Origin: Chiloscyllium plagiosum
Lineage: Eukaryota
DNA: 64,000 nt
Direction: 5' to 3'
NCBI RefSeq assembly: GCF_004010195.1
Contig: NC_057719.1
Coordinates: 45,440,658 to 45,504,657 of the forward strand
Part shown: positions 62,473-64,000 of the stretch, piece by piece
How positions within the stretch are numbered: position 1 is the first letter of the stretch
Layout: the number at the start of each line of letters is the position of its first letter
Translations under genes and position numbers: made by a program
Notes under the pieces: generated by a model
The model's input: only the letters and a program-made list of their open reading frames with translations
The model's database searches: none
Told to the model about the DNA's origin: nothing

Positions 62473-64000
62473 CCTCATGACCATACAGGGTAAAGCAGCT
62501 CATTTGATTCACACTCCATCCATCACCTTCAACATTCACTCCTGTCACCACTGATGCACAATGGCAGCTGTGTGTACACTGCAGGAAATCAGCTAAGCTC
62601 CTTCAACAGCACTTTCCAAACTGGTGACATCTACAAACCTAGAATGACAAGCGTCATAAAGTCAAGGAGGTCTACAGCACAGGAAAAGGCCCTTTGGCCC
62701 AGCCAATTCGTAAGAACACCCCAATACACAGAGGTTCCCACTAAAGCCAATACTACCCTGAGTTGTAAGTATATCACTGCCCCTTCAGTGTCACAGGGCC
62801 AAAATCCTGGAATTCCTTCCTTGGCAGCATAATGGATGTACCTCCAACTCAAAGACTGCAGAGGTTCATAAAGACACCTGATCACCACCTTCTCCAGAAC
62901 AATTATGGGTGGTAATAAATGCTGGTTAGTTAGCAATACCGACTTCCCATGAATGAATAGAGCAAACTAACACTTACAGGGCTGAAGCCAAGGACTGTAA
63001 ACATTTTCAGACAAGGTTATTTGTACAGTTCAGTGCATTAGCAGCTGGCAGTCTTTTCTCCAATGGGAATTTTATCACATCAAAACTTCATCAAATTTCT
63101 TCAGTGGCATGAAATTATTTGCTTAAATTTATGTTCCACTTCAGAATTTGTCCTTATTACTGAAATGATAAACTGTTGTTAAATTCTATCATTCAGGAAA
63201 TCTGTACAATCAGCACTGTGATCACAAAACTTAAGGGAGAAACCAGATCTAATCCTGAGCATTGTTTCAACATAAACATCTAAAGAAAATACAGATTCAA
63301 TCTGGACTACAATTACAATAACTTTTCAACATTTAAATATATCAGGGATAGTCTGCTGTAAGGGAAGAGGATTTCAATCTAGAGTTAATGAAGACATTAT
63401 TCCAAGTCAGATGGTGTGTGACTTGGAGGGGAATTTATACATGGTAGTTTTCCAATTTACCTTGACCTCTAATTAATAATGTTTGTGGATTTGGAAGTTG
63501 TCATCAAAGGAGACCTGGAGAGTTGCTGCAGTGTATCTTGTATATGGCGCTGAGTCCCTTGATTGATTTTGGAGGAGCATTCACCCACGCAGTTGTGAAG
63601 TATTCTATCACACTCTTGGCTTGGACAATGAAGATGTTGAGCTAGATTTGAGGAGTCAGCAGATGAGTTGTTTTCTAACTTCTGAACTGTTCTTGGAGTC
63701 TTGGAGTCACTGCATTGAAATAATGGTTCCAGTTAAGTTACTGATTATCCCTGGAATGTTCCAATAGTAATGCCATTTAATGTCAAGCTGAGAAGGGTAG
63801 GATCTCTCTTGTTGCAGACTGCAATTGCTGAGCAATTGTGTGGCATTAATATTACTCATCATTGCCCTTTGTTTAAAAACCCCATGGAACTGAAATCCTA
63901 CTTATTACCTTGGTTGCATATTTAAAGCTGCTTTTGAGCAATGGATTATTTTTCACAACACAGGAATGCCAGCCTACAGCTCCCTGCACATATCTGGTTT

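Overview
Vertebrate genomic DNA, inferred to be from a cartilaginous fish (shark) because of HE1-type SINEs and abundant HER1/CR1-type LINEs. There is one clear protein-coding gene, a two-exon prostaglandin D2 receptor DP1 (PTGDR; CDS 5405-6181 joined to 21143-21346, 326 aa, ~15 kb phase-0 intron). The rest is largely transposable-element derived: many CR1 LINE copies, Rex1/Babar LINE 3' ends, tRNA-derived SINEs, Harbinger and Gypsy relics, and two N gaps. The most striking pattern is a dense set (about 18) of Penelope-like element (PLE) insertions from at least four families, many carrying minimal hammerhead-ribozyme motifs (CTGANGA...GAAA). Many are 100-300 bp fold-back insertions with 9-15 bp target-site duplications (TSDs) and a 25-43 nt unpaired tail, and one is a 1.85 kb inverted-repeat copy. 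Also notable is a very small LTR element (PBS-like, ~90 bp, PPT, LTR) upstream of PTGDR. All calls were made by eye from motifs and recalled family consensus; no database searches were run, and boundaries of old repeats are approximate.
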